64,000 bases of DNA from Paraspadella gotoi (taxonomy: Eukaryota; Animalia; Chaetognatha), in NCBI GenBank assembly GCA_051294375.1, contig CM119265.1, positions 6,036,227 to 6,100,226 on the forward strand, given 5' to 3'. Below the pieces are notes generated by a model. It was given only the letters and a program-made list of their open reading frames with translations. It had not been told where the DNA came from and did no database searches. The position numbers and the translations under genes are program-made. Each line of letters begins with the position of its first letter. Within the stretch, counting starts at the first letter, position 1. This document shows positions 16,184-28,483 of the stretch, piece after piece.

Positions 16184-19100
16184 TTATACCTTGGCGCCTG
16201 AGATTCTTTCGCGTTGAAAAGAGGGGACTGCGTAATTCGTGGACGCTCCGTTGAGCCCACCCTCCCCCAAATCACCCGTGCCGAACGGAGGGTCTCCGGC
16301 AGAAGCGACGGGAGTTTCGCCTCCCAAAAGCGACGAGTTTGTTACCGAGTCAGACAAAGTCAAAACTCCAACATCATTAGGAACGTTTGGCCCGGGTGAA
16401 GTGATGTCATTTCCGAGAACGCCTCGAGAACCAACCACTCCGCGTTCTACCCCGAAGTTGACGTCGATCTCCTCCTGATCAACCAAACGGTTCGACATCT
16501 GGGCCTCGGTGGTCAACAGACGGGCCAGAGGTAAACAGCAGGACGGTAGCGTTTCCATCAGTGACGGCTTGTGGTTCGTCAAGAGAGGTTTGAAGAACCG
16601 CGAGTCGATGTGGTACCACTTGGTAGCCGCCCACGATTTTTGAAGATTTTTGGGCTCACGTGTCTAATTTCAGGAAAGAAGCATTTCATGGAAATAAAAT
16701 TGACTTTAACGAATAAATCCAAGATTCGAGCTAAAGGGGTTACTTTTACTTTCACCGACAGGGGTTAGGGTTAAGAGTGGTTTAGGGGTGGTTTAAGGTT
16801 AGGGGTGGTTAGGGTTAAAAGGTTTATGATTAAGGTAGTTAGGTAATATTTTTTAAAAAAAAATTTTTTGAAATAGTTTTTCAAAAGCCGCCAAAACCGC
16901 GGTCGGCGAATGTAAAATTTAGCTCTTTAAAGTTAGTGTATACATCCTACATTCAATTTTTTATCTGAATTTCTTTGTTTTAGCCCTGCACTAAAATTTG
17001 GTAAAAGTAGAGCCAACCTATGTCAATGAGGTGGGTCAGACATTTTATATAGAAACCCGCCAAATGAAACCATGATTTTCTGAAAAACCTTTAAATTAAA
17101 AAAAAAAATTTACAATTTGATTAAATAATTTTACTTTCGCCGACCGGAACCGGGCCGGTCGGTTATTTTTTTATTCGCATATATCATTACCGTAATATAA
17201 TAAAAAAAAAAGTTTGGTCAATGTTAGGGGTATTTAGGGTTAGAGTTAAGGGTGGTTACATACGGTCAAGGGTGGTTGGGGTAATATTCGAAAAAAACAT
17301 TTTTTAAATTTTTTTTATTATTTTTTAAAAGGTGAATATTCAATTTTACCAAATGGGTTTTCATTCTTATTAATTAATAGATAAATTTTTACCTGTTGAT
17401 GTTGATGTATCATCGACGGATCGTTAGGTTGATCATTTGGTGTCCGTGCGCTTATAGAATCAATGCTGCGAAAGCTGTCGGTGGAATTATACGTTCTAGT
17501 ACCCGCCATGCTGTGTTCGTCAAAGAAATCGATTTGATTTTGTTATTTTTAGTCATCGAGGACTCAATAGAGTTAATATAATTAACCTGTGCATAGACAT
17601 GTCTTCGTCGGACACACCGACACGAATTTTTAAAAATGATAGCATTGCCGTCGTCGTTCCACCGCAAAATATAACTGTCAGAATCACAATGATAGAGGTT
17701 GTTGTCATAATTACATATCGTTCGTGCGAATTGGCGTTGCGAATGGAAAGTGCGAATGCAATGGCTCCTCGCAGACCGCTGAATAACATCATGTGCTGAG
17801 GGAAAGAACGACGGAAGTTTATTTACAATTTATTATTAGCTACAATTCTACTCAACTCGCCTGGAAATTCAAAGGAATGGGATTCTTTCGACCACAGTTC
17901 AGCAATATTGCCAAAGGATAGACGACGCAAACTCTGGCCACTACTATGGCAAATAAGGCGGCGAAAAGAAATGCGAGATTAAAGGAATGACGCTGAATAG
18001 TGAACATAGATACGCCTAAAACCAACAAAAACATTTTATCATAATTTCAAAGTATTAAGAATTTCAGCTCACATTACCGATATAAGAGAAAATGAAGTTC
18101 TCCATCAAAAAATTCAACAATTCGAAGAGTTGTTTGGTCCTTTGTTGAGATTCGATTGAAAGATTGTTAAAAGTATAATGAGCCTGAATTTTCAGCTACT
18201 GTTAGCGTCATGCAATAATATATTCATCAAATAATCTTTGTTACCTGGCAAATACCGCAGAATAAAATTGCTACAATACCGGTCATGCCTGCCGACTCGG
18301 CGGCTAAAAATGAAGAATAGCTAAGAAGAAAAAACAATGTAGTTTCCAGCATCGGGTAATCTCTGATCGCGGTAAACTTTGTGCACAAGGCACAGGTAAA
18401 TCCAAATAACACTCCAATTATGAATGACCCAGCGAAAATTCCTAATAAAAAAAATTATATACATTAATTTGTTAAAAATGAAGCAAATTATAAAAAGGTA
18501 TACCTATGAAGTTAAGAACAGAAACGAAAAATGCGGCAGTGTCGAAAGATTGACTTTTCGATTCTGTCGAGTATTCTTCAACTGATTCCGATAAAACCAG
18601 AGCGACGGCGTCATTCATGACCGATTCGCCTTAATTTTTTGCAATTTTAAGTTAGAACAATTTCAATGCCTAAAAATGGGAACCAGATAGTTACCGAATA
18701 CAATGGCGTAAAGATCAACATCCACGTGCAATTCGTTAAAAATCGCCAAAACCGTGACAGGATCGGTGGCCGAAATAATTGCTCCAAAAAATAGACAATC
18801 AGAGAATCCGAAATTGTAAAACATCAGCAACTGGAATATTGAAAATTTTCAATGCAGAACTATAGCTTTATAATCCTAATGGAATTCCAAAAGTCTAGTA
18901 CCTGCATAAAACCATAAACGATTGATCCGACAACAAGACTTGAAATTACCGTCCCAAAAAAGGCGAATGTTAATATAGAACCAATGTTTCGAAAAAAGTG
19001 CCTCTTCTTCATGGAAAATCCAGCATGGAAAATGATAGGTGGTAGCAATACATTAAAAAATATTTCAGGGTCAAAAGTTGCTTTTTCTTCGTACTCGTTA

Positions 19101-20140
19101 AATTCTTTGTCGTTTACTCTCTTGTCGAACCTAAGAGCGGAATAATTTTTAAAATTATAAATGTTAGTCCAACTAGCTCGAAAATTGTATTTACCACAAA
19201 TTTGAAAATCTGCAAAAATTGTTCAGTTTCCTTTTTTAGCTACTAATAGATAGTATGAAAAAAACTACAATCCTGACAGTGATCCAAATTATCTATGTAT
19301 ATGTAGATTAATTTTTATTGATACCTCTATTACCATTCATAAGTAAATGTGGACAATTTTTTTAGTTTTTTTCTATTATCAACGGAATATATTTTAATAT
19401 ATTTTAACCTTGAGTTTTTAAGTTAATTTGGTGAATGAAATAATTATTAGTGAAATCACCAAATTCATTTTTAAAAGAATTAAAAAGATTAACAAATCTA
19501 AAAAATTGTCCAGAAAAGAATTCGTAGGCATTTATTTATTTTCTAAAATTTAAATTGCCAATCACCAAGCTAATTTTGTTGTTTCAACCTTACCTTGGAA
19601 TATATCTGAATAATCAAATGTACTAAAAATTATTAATTTGTTTTGAATAATCACTAATTCATTTTTACTTACTTGTAAAGGTAACTGGTTTTGTTTTCGT
19701 CTTCTTCCGTTAATTTAATTTTCAGTTTTAAATAATCTGGTGGACTATTTACTGTATAATTTTTTTTCGCTAATTGTACAAGTTCAGGAGATGCGCTTGG
19801 TCCATTTGCGGAATATTTAATGATCGCTCCAATTATGAGTCCAAAAACAATAGCTAAACCCGTTTCATGTACGAACCTATAAAAATATTAAAATTTAATT
19901 CGGACAATTTCCGTAGAGAAACGTAACTTAATTTAGCATTAGTTAAGTTAAAAACCTTATAAATTTTAGTTTTTACCGTAAGCGTCGATGCTTAAAACCC
20001 CAAACGAATAGAATGGTGATTATGAGCAAAAAGGAATATGTCAAAAGGTTTAAAGCATCCTGCCGATGATTCGTCCCAGCTTTTTCATCCAGTGCAGCTG
20101 AAACTTCAGCCATTTCTTGCGGCTTTGTTTGATCAACCAT
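16184..20140 (-). CDS. SLC9A6: Endosomal Na+/H+ exchanger (NHE6/7/9, SLC9A6-like), multi-exon
   Basis: MVDQTKP...HRQDALNLL...[69 protein letters not shown]. Confidence 0.93.
16742..16924. repeat. Second copy (inverted) of the telomere-like short element, in the last NHE intron
   Basis: ACTTTTACTTTCACCGAC-GGGGTTAGGGTTAAGAGTGGTTTAGGGGTGG...GGTCGGCGAATGTAAAATTTAGC; both ends are reverse complements of the ends of 12690-12807. Confidence 0.8.
17127..17285. repeat. Related partial element: CCGACC hairpin end plus TTAGGG-like tract
   Basis: AATTTTACTTTCGCCGACCGGAACCGGGCCGGTCGGTTATTT followed by GTTAGGGGTATTTAGGGTTAGAGTTAAGGGTGGTT; the same hairpin end occurs at 12954-12995 (degenerate) and 14470-14515 (inverted). 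Confidence 0.7.
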
Positions 20141-20794
20141 TTTTCATTATTTTAGTAGTATTGGTATTTTATTGGTAAAATAATTTGTCTCATCTGGAAT
20201 GAACACTCAGACTCAGCATTTTGTGACTAACCAAGTTGACTGCAAATAAAAGGGAAACGCAAAAAAGGCGGTTTTGATTAAATCAAATCAACACTAACCT
20301 AAAATTTTAAAAGTTGTCTATATATATACGCTTTTTTGTTTATAAATTTAAACCAAGTTTATATTTTTCTATAGGCAGCTAAGTTTAAACTTTTGTCAAT
20401 TGTTATAATGCCAAGTTGGGTTTTAATATAACTATTTAAACTATGCCATAAATAAATTTGTCTCAAAGGCAACTGTGTCTAAAACTAAAATACAGCTATC
20501 AAGTCAGTGTTCACAAATAAAGATTCAAAATAATTTGAATTCGAACAAATAAAAACAATACTGTTGGAATATAAACCATAACAAGTAACATATATGAACT
20601 AACAAGCTATTGAATATTTTTAACTATCCTCAAATAGATTTTTCAATTCTCATGCAAACCAACAAAGTTTCAATTCACGCCACTTTATAAAAAATGGAAC
20701 TGGAAAAACATCTACATAGATTCTTACGTTCTGTTTTGAAAATGATTCACGAAAAATGCTTTAAAAAAAGTATGTTTTTTCAATCTTCTCATAT

Positions 20795-22025
20795 TTAACC
20801 GTCGTCCTCTTCCTCTTCCCCCTGAAAGCCAAAAATAATCATGATTAGTGTTTATTTAAAGTATTCTAGATAAAATAAATTTACCTCCTCATCATCTTCT
20901 TCTTCGTCTTCAACTTCATCCTCTTCGCTTTCTCCAACTTCCGGGGCGAGATAATATTGAAGAGGATTTGGCCAAATATCATCTTTGATTACTTCACCCA
21001 GTTCATCGGCCCCTACCATCGCAAGGAAAAATTAATATCGAATGGCTTACCAATGACCTAAATTTTTTTTACAATACCCACCCCATCTCACCATTTAACC
21101 ACCCTTTACTTCCATCAACCATTTCCGCTAAACTCTCCTATTAAAATTATAATACTATAACAGCATAACAATAATTTAATGATACCTAGTGTAATTTCAA
21201 AATTTTGAAATTTCTATACCTGCGTCAACGGACTCGGAAAACCATGAGAAGAAGGACACCCGGTCGTGGGAACGCTTTCTCGCCGCCGCTGCTTCGGGAT
21301 TAGGCTTAACGAGACACTAAAATGACATGGACAAGATTTAGATTTAAATCAGCAAACGTAAACAACGTAAACAACGTAAACAACGTAAACAACCTTTCCG
21401 GGCTTCCACTTCAGCTCTGTAGAGTTTGAGGAAGGTTCGCCGGCTTCGTTAAGATGAAATTCTTTTGAGAGCGTTTCGTTCTCAAAGTACGGGTTCGTAT
21501 TGAAATGGAAATTAATTTTATAGCCGCTTTTTATGTCTTCGAACTCTTCCACTTCGAGCTTGGTCAAAAATTGCAACGCCTCTTCGTCTTCCTCGTCCAA
21601 CAGCGCCGATACCTATTCGCCGGAATGATTTGAATCATTATTTTTAAGCATTGCGACGAAGCATTTTTCTTTAAATTTTTCACCTGCGGATGATTGACGA
21701 AAACCGTTACCCAAAAATTGGGTATTCTGCTGATTAGCTCAGATCTTCTGGCGAAATGTGGTTGCCGCAATTTGTTGAACTTTTGCTCCACTTTCAAAAT
21801 TTCTTCAGAGGCTTGTTCGTTGAGTCCGTCGATAGCATTTTGCACTTCGTCGATCTTTTCGATTGCTTCTTGGACGTCTTTGTCTAAAATTTTAAAATTG
21901 ATTATTAAATAAAATATGTGTCACAATTATATCTTGCTTCATTTACCCGGTTCTGCGGCCGCTTCCTCGGCTCCGTTCTGTCCGTTACCTTCGACCCTCG
22001 GAATTTTCGGTGCACTCGACATCAT
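20795..22025 (-). CDS. SET: SET/TAF-I-beta histone chaperone (NAP family), multi-exon
   Basis: [78 protein letters not shown] and an acidic tail. Confidence 0.95.
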
Positions 22026-22029
22026 TCCC

Positions 22030-23015
22030 CAAAGTTCGACGAAATAAGAAAAGAAAACAAAAACCGTTTCTTTTATTTCCGATTATTTTATCTGAAATCT
22101 AAATGAAAAATATTGAAAAATATATATTAATCTTGACAAAGAGAATTCGAATGACTCATTGATCCCAGCCAGTAGGAAGTGACCGTTATTGTGAACAATG
22201 GGCGTCCACGAGCCTCACCAGTCGACTCAACTATCGGGGCGACGCGAACGGAACGAAATCAGTTAGGACGCGACGCTCCGGTTCAAGTCGCGGAATAAAG
22301 AGCCGTCGATAAAGAGAGAGAAACATGAGAAATTTTAACGTTGAGGTTCGACTGCCATGTTACGAAGCGACGAACGCTTCGGACAAAAGAACAGGATTTC
22401 TATAGCGAAAACGGAGCGAGAGACAAGAGTCAGAGAGAGAGAGAGAGAGAGCTGGGGAAGGAGCCCAACAAAAAACCCCTTCTGTCGTGGATATTTTTAT
22501 TGGTACCGCCGAAACTGATCCGACTTCTGATTGGTCGAGGCCGGTCGAATGTGGCTTTATTCATCCGCGAATCCTGCGCCATTAGATTTTCGAGTCGTGT
22601 TTTCCTCGATGCCCTCTTTGCTCATTCTCCGCCCACCGTCGTCTACGAGAGCCACTCCGGCCCGGGATCCGATCGTGGATATCAACCGCTTTGGCAATGG
22701 CCTACACGTTTGATGAAAATAGGACCCGTCGATTATGTACCCCTACAGTATACGTTTTACCATTAATTTATGGAATCGTCACTATCGTATCCCATTTACA
22801 GATAATGAGGCGATGGGTGGAAATCAACCAAAATATTGGTAAAATTTGTACAAAAGACTAAGTTTTGCCACGCTTTTATATTTATTGTTGTTAAAGGGTT
22901 ACTACATGTATAATTCTTAATACTGACTGCATTTCACGGGATTTTCACGATATGAAAACAATTTTTTGTTCGTTAATTAGAGTAATTAATAAATTAAAAA
23001 TCCTTAAAAAAGACT
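22030..23015. promoter_or_regulatory. Putative bidirectional promoter region between SET (-) and GPI (+)
   Basis: This is the only head-to-head junction in the window. It is non-coding but CpG-rich relative to other spacers, has a (GA)n tract at ~22432-22451 and a CCAAT-like ATTGG at ~22530. Confidence 0.5.
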
Positions 23016-24942
23016 ATGGAATCCGCTGAATCCTGTGACGAAAGGGCGTTTTTGACAAAAGAGCCCGCATTTGAAGCATTGCAAGATGCCTGGAGAGAAT
23101 GGGGACATAAACTTAACATGACCCACCTGTTTAATACTGACCCTTGCCGGTTTCACTACTTCAGCTTGACGCTCAATACTCCTGACGGTCCGCTGTTGGT
23201 GGATTTCTCAAAGAATCGACTGGACACTCGCGTGATGAAAATGCTGTTCCACTTGGCCCGGGAACGTCGCATCGAGGCCTTCCGCGACGCCATGTTCGCC
23301 GGAGAGAAGGTTAATTTCGTCGACGGTCGCGCCGCTTTCCACGTGGCTCTGCGGAATCCGTCCACACATTTAGTTGATATCGACGGAGTGGATGTTATGT
23401 ATAACGTCAAGGGCACCTTAAAGAAGATGGAGTGGTTCGTCGGAGAGGTGCTTGAAGGCTCCTGGACGGGATATTCAGGAAAAAAGATAAAGGACGTCGT
23501 AAATATTGGCACCGGAGGATCTCAGCTGGGTTCGTTGATGGTCACCGACGCTTTAAAACCTTATCAGGTTAAACTTAAAGTTGAAGGATGCACTCGAGAA
23601 AAATCAGGGCGGATGGGACAACGTTTTTAAGATCTCTTCGTTCCTCTAGATTGGTCCCGATGTCCATTTTGTTTCAAACGTGGACGGTACTAATTTGGCG
23701 GAGGTTCTCAAGAATGTGCATCCGGAAACTGTCCTATTCGTCATCGCGTCTAAGTCTTTCACAACCCAGGACACTCTCACCAATGCTCTCGCGGCTAAGG
23801 AATGGTTCGTCGCATCGACTAAATCTCCGGGATGTGTCTGGAAGCACTTTGTGGCTGTGTCTACTAACGCTTCCGCTGTCAAGGAATTCGAGCTTCCCGC
23901 CTCCAACCTGTTCGAGTTCTGGGACTGGGTCACTGGTCGCTTTTCTCTTTGGTCTGCCATCGGACTCACCATCGCCCTTCACATCGGCTTCGACAATTAT
24001 CGACTTTTACTCCAAGGTGGCCACCTTATGGACGAGCATTTTTTTTGTACTAAACTAGAAAAGAACATTCCAGTCATACTGGCCCTCATTGGCATTTGGT
24101 ATCACAACATCGCCGGCGCCGAGACCCACAGTCTCTTCCCTTACGATCAAAGTTTGCGCCGCTTCGCCGCCTACGTTCAACAGGCTGACATGGAGTCGAG
24201 CGGCAAGAGCGCCACCAGGCCGGGCGTCGACGTAGACCGGGAACCCGGTGCGTTTCAGGTCAACTACGCCACGGGGCCGGTGGTGTGGGGCGAGGCGGGC
24301 ACCAACTGCCAGCATTCCTTCTTCCAACTTCTACACCAGGGAACTCGCCTCGTGCCCGCCGACTTTCTCGCGCCTGTCATATCTCACAACCCGATTCAAG
24401 AAGGGCTGCACCACAGAATCCTCCTGGCCAATTTTCTCGCTCAGACTGAAGCGTTGATGCGGGGTAAGTCGCGAGCTGAAGCCAGGGAGGAGTTACTCGC
24501 GGAGGGAAAAACAGACGATGAGATCGAAAGGATTCTTCCGCACAAGGTCTTTAAGGGGAACAGGCCAAGCAACACCATCCTCTTCCACAAATTGACTCCA
24601 CTTATGCTCGGCGCCCTCATCGCGATGTATGAACATAAGATCTTCGTTCAAGTTAGTTTTTTTCGACTTAGTTCGCCCAAGGGGCCAGTTTTTAACTTTT
24701 TAATAAAAAATTAGGCCCTATTAATAATAGCGTAAAACTTTTTTAAGGGTGTTATATGGGATATCAACACGTTCGATCGTCGTGGAGTGGATTTGGAAAA
24801 GAAAGAAAAGATCTTCAAAGAGTTGCGGGCTCCACCAGGATTTTATATCAGCACCCATGATTCGTCAACCAACGGACTGATAAACTTTATCCGACAACAA
24901 GACCCGAATAATCAGGGCGAACATTGCAAGTGCAATTTTTAA
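23016..24942 (+). CDS. GPI: Glucose-6-phosphate isomerase, divergent (3 exons)
   Basis: [104 protein letters not shown]. Confidence 0.93.
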
Positions 24943-25188
24943 TTGATTTTCATCTGTGATAATTGTACATTTTTACAGCGTTTCCCATTTGTTCAGCTAG
25001 TCTTCTTGCCGCTTTATTAACGTGTGATTTTTCTCTTCCAAACTACCTCAAATGCCTTCCATATGCCAAAGACTATTTCGAATAACTTTATTTTTTTCCT
25101 AGTTTACAATTTAAAAGATTTTTATAAATTTGTACCTTTTTACAAAATAATCTATTTTTTTACAATCCAGTTTTGAAAGGACTTAACG

Positions 25189-28100
25189 ATGAAGACAAAA
25201 AACAAAAAAACGCCTCACGCAGGCAAAAAAACTGGCCCAAAACCTCAGAACCCGTTTGAAATCAGATTCAACAAAGTGAAACATCAAGTTTTAGGAAAAA
25301 CCAGCAAAGATGGAATCGGAAAACGAAACGAAAATAAACTTAAGGTTACCATCAGTTTTTAATATATAGATTTTGTAGCAGAATGTCTAACAAGAAATAA
25401 ATAATTATCTGTTCTATCATCTCTTCAGGGAATCGACGCTCGAAAATCTTCACTATTAAAAGAATACAAAAACAAAAATAAAACTAATTCTTTGCGGGAC
25501 AAACGACTCGGGGAGTACGATGCTTCCGTTTCTCTGGAAGACAAAATGTTGGCTCGATTCGCCAAGGAGCGCGGGAAAAACGACAAGAAGACAAGGTTCA
25601 ATCTCAACGACGACGACGACGAGCTTACCCATCTTGGTCAATCTGTCGCCGATTTACAGGTATGTGATTTCGTTAGCAATTATTTTAAATCCTTTAAAAT
25701 AAAAACGTCTTTTATCTTCACGTAGGAAATGAAAGACGCTCCTGTCGATTCCGACTTGGATGACGATGGCGACGAAGACTTCGGGAGACTCGGTTCCGAA
25801 CACGTAGAGAAACTCCATTTCGGCGGCGGCGATCCCAATGCCAGCGCTCAATCTACCGGCGGAAAGAAGCACGCCGACATTATAGAAGAAATCATCGCCA
25901 AGTCGAAGCAGATGAAGTATCAGAGAAAAGTGGAGAAGGATCAAGCCGAGGAAATGACCGACAAGCTTGACGAGGATTGGAAGTCGCTGGCCGGAATGCT
26001 CGGTGGGCCAAGGCCTGTAAAAAAGTCAGAGGTAATCGTTTTGGAGGCGTTGACACGTTATTTTATTTCACGATTTTGAATTTTCTCTTGATTTTCAGGA
26101 TCGGAAGACTTTAGAAAAAGGAAAGGCGGATGATTACGACGTTTTGGTTCGGGAATTGATGTTCGAAAAGAAAGGCGTGGCCACGGACAGACTCAAGACT
26201 GAGGAAGAAATCGCCAAAGAAGAACTTGTAAGTCATATGTTAAACATACTACATTTAACAGTTGTTATATTGTTTGCATTCTGAACTCCATTCGAAATTT
26301 CGTCATTCAGGAAGAACTAGCGGCTTTAGAATCTCAGCGCCTCATGCGTATGCGTGGCGACTCATCTGCTAAGATGGACTTGGACAATCACCGCAGCGCC
26401 GACGACCTCGATGACGGCTTTATTTTAGACGGAGACGAGAAAAGAAAGAAGGTCGAGTTTACTCTGACTTACAAAGACGGAAAGGCAGTCTCCGTCAATA
26501 GTGAGGAGCAAGAAATAGAAAATGAGAACGAGGATGATGAGACCCACGCGGATGACTCCGAAAGCGATGAAGATGAATACATGGATGATGAAAATGACGA
26601 TTTGTCGGACATCGAAGATTCTGAAGACGACCACGAGGAAGACAACCTCGAGGTCTCTGCGGAGAAAAAACCGACGTCGAGGGGAATTTTAAAGAAATCC
26701 TCTGCCGACGAAATTCCGTCTCAAAAGACTGAGATTCCCTACACATTTTCGATGCCAACTTCTCTCTCCGAGCTGCAACATCAGTTGCGTCCGTACGAAT
26801 TTCACGAGCAGTTGATCGTCATCGAAAGGATCAAAAAGTGTCACCATCCGAGCCTCGCCGAAGGAAATAAGGACAAGTTGATCGAGCTTTTCGAGCTTCT
26901 TCTCAGATGCTTCTTAGACGCTTGTAATTTATCTCCGCTTCCGATGGAGTTCCTAGGTAAATATTGAGATGCGAACGTTATTTAAAATTATTATTGAAGT
27001 CTTGGTGTCATGGGAATAGCTTCTGTACATAAGTTGTAACCAATTTGTGTCTCGGCGTTTGTTCAAAGGCCCGAATTTGGCAATGGCGAAAAAGCCTAGG
27101 TTCTTAAAAAAAATGGCTGAATTTCAGAATCTTGAAAAAAATTTTAAAAAGGCCACGTCTTTTTAAATAGGCCTTTTCAAGTGACCTTGCCGTGACTCGA
27201 ACGAGAGTTATAAAATGAAAATTTTAAATGTTTCCGTCACTTTGACTCTCGCAGAACTTAAATATTTGAGAGGCTATTTTTTTTTCCGCAGATGGCTTGA
27301 CGCTGCATCTTTACTCTCTGCTTCGGATTGATCATGGCGAAACGGGAAAGCACGTGACTCGTCTCCTTATCTCTTGTCGAGATTCCCAAAACTGGAAAAA
27401 ACCCGCGCCGGTCTCAACTTGTCTTCTTCTCAAACTTGTGTCGGTGCTTTATCCGACGTCCGATCTGTCGCACCCCGTGGTCACTCCGGCTTTTCTACTC
27501 CTCTGCGACTTGCTGCAACGCATCTCCCTCAATTCCTTCGCCGTTGTCGCCTCGGGTCTCATACTTTCCCAAGTCGCCCTCGATTATGTTCGCTTCGCCA
27601 AGCGTCTGGCGCCGGAAGCCTTGAATTTTTTACATGGAGTTCTGTATCTTGGTCACTCGGGCGAAGTTGATCTCGCCATGGTGACTCCGCCCTGTCGCCC
27701 GGTTGGCAAGCATTCGCAGATATTGACGATAGACGCGGAAACTACTGAAGATTTCTCGTCCCTTACGGTCGAGGGCGCGGTTGAGGCGGTTCGTGGCTTT
27801 ACTAGAAAAAACGAGCCGCTGCCGACATCGTCAAAACTATCGGCTCTCTCCGCAGCCGCGCGCTTATTACGAGAGTTCGCTCGCCTCTATAATGATGCCC
27901 CCGCGGCTCGCTCGCTTTTTCAGCGCACTCGATATTTTATCTCGAAACTTTCCGTCGATCTCTTCCCCACTTCGCTTCGTGAAGATTTCGACTCGCTCTC
28001 GGCGGATTGCGAGTTTGTCAAGCGGGTAAGGCGGTTACGTCGCGCCAAGCCTCGCCCGAAACCGCTGCCGCAGTTCGAACCAAAGTTCGAGATGGAGTTC

Positions 28101-28352
28101 GACGGACGCAAGAGATTCGCCGGGGATCAAAAGACGAAAGAGCGTAAGCGATTGGAACGTCAGTACAAGGAAGAATATCGCTCGGCATCGAAAGACTTAC
28201 GCCAGGATGCGCTGTTTTTGGCAAACGTGAAAATTGCCGATCAATTGGCTAAAGATAAAAAGCGCTCGGAAAAAGTCCGGGAAATTTATTCGCACTTGTC
28301 CTCGCAAGAAGGGGAGCACAGAAAGATGGAGAGAATGAAGAAGAAAAAATGA
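25189..28352 (+). CDS. NOP14: Nucleolar protein 14, multi-exon
   Basis: NPFEIRFNKVKH, LTHLGQS, HFGGG, IEEIIAKSK, SADDLDDGF, HPSLAEGNKDKL, YPTSDLSHPVVTPA, LRQDALFLA. Confidence 0.93.
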
Positions 28353-28483
28353 ATTCGGTGACTATTAATAGCAGCTTTGTTACAGATGGATTCGTTTTTA
28401 TAGTTTTTAGTTAATTGTTTGTTAGTTATTTACATCCATGCTTTTGTTTTGTTGACAGTTATTTTATTTAAAAAGAGAATGAA

